A DNA stretch of 25,298 bases from Lysobacteraceae bacterium (GTDB lineage: Bacteria; Pseudomonadota; Gammaproteobacteria; Xanthomonadales; Xanthomonadaceae), in assembly GCA_039927175.1 (NCBI GenBank), contig JBDSVN010000017.1:1-25298 (forward strand). The letters are read 5' to 3'. Within the stretch, counting starts at the first letter, position 1. Each line of letters opens with the position of its first letter. A program made the position numbers and the translations under genes. The notes under the pieces were generated by a model. That model did no database searches and was not told the origin of the DNA. It saw only the letters and a list, made by a program, of their open reading frames with translations. Below are positions 24,899-25,298 of the stretch, piece by piece.

Positions 24899-25297
24899 TC
24901 AAAGCAATGCCGGTACCAATGCTTTAGTGCGCGCTTGGTACGCCCGATACGGCTCTCCGAAACGCTCCGCGAGCCAGGTCTCCTCGAGGCGCAGCTTGCG
25001 CCAGAATGATGCCAGCACAATGGCGACGGCAAGAAGACCGCGCCAATCACCGACCATCACCGCGTTGCCAAGGAACAGCAACAGAAAGCCTGTGTAGATG
25101 GGATGCCGAACCGAACGGTAGGGTCCATGGGTGATGAGCTCATGGCTTTGTTTGAGCTGCACCGTCGCGCTCCAATTGCGCCCTAGTAATACTCGCGAGT
25201 AGATGGCCAGCCCAGCGCCAAGCATGGCGATTGCCAGGCCCAAGCCATAGACGACCAGGGTGTGCGGTATGAACTGCTCACGCAGAATGGAATGGCC
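24899..25297 (-). CDS. Isoprenylcysteine carboxylmethyltransferase (ICMT/PEMT) family membrane protein, 5'-truncated by the window edge
   Basis: LGRNWS...KQSHELITHGPYRSVRHPIYTG...KLRLEETWLAERFGEPYRAYQARTKALVP. The frame stays open to the window end (GHSILREQFIPHTLVVYG...). Confidence 0.92.
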   Translation of the reverse strand, partial: GHSILREQFIPHTLVVYGLGLAIAMLGAGLAIYSRVLLGRNWSATVQLKQSHELITHGPYRSVRHPIYTGFLLLFLGNAVMVGDWRGLLAVAIVLASFWRKLRLEETWLAERFGEPYRAYQARTKALVPALL

Positions 25298-25298
25298 G

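Noticed and set aside
24684-25097. 137-aa plus-strand ORF after the monooxygenase
   Set aside because: It overlaps the ICMT-family gene antisense and has no motifs.
1-25298. tRNA, rRNA, CRISPR arrays, IS or integrase genes
   Set aside because: No cloverleaf or rRNA-like segments, no regularly spaced direct repeats and no transposase or recombinase motifs were seen.

Overview
GC-rich bacterial chromosomal window. Gene content and GlnA style suggest a Xanthomonadales-like gammaproteobacterium (inference). From the left it holds a 5'-truncated hybrid sensor kinase (HAMP-like/PAS/HisKA/HATPase/REC/Hpt) and a tandem array of three divergent, apparently secreted, 4-Cys paralogues of a family I cannot name (shared LEPDNxAA, APxDAxVQ, CxxxGR and TPPxxW motifs). 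Next come a Ycf46-like AAA+ ATPase divergent from a ParA-like/SixA/phospholipase D run, a YkvA/DUF1232 protein, an acyltransferase/YheT hydrolase/TPR-sulfotransferase-like operon, and a sugar-dehydrogenase gene broken by one in-frame TAA, coupled to a YbhB/YbcL gene and a 68-aa membrane protein. These are followed by uppP, a small accessory patch (methyltransferase, 79-aa hypothetical, orphan Imm17-like immunity gene), and glnA with a full sigma54/IHF/NtrC-like promoter and a long multi-hairpin 3' region. The window ends with an atypical SDR, a SOUL protein, an FAD monooxygenase and a truncated ICMT-family gene. I saw no rRNA, tRNA, CRISPR array or transposase. The best candidates for undescribed biology are the three-paralogue array beside the hybrid kinase, a possible glnA 3'UTR-derived sRNA, the orphan immunity patch and the TPR/degenerate sulfotransferase fusion. 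All family assignments come from motif recognition by eye; no searches were run.
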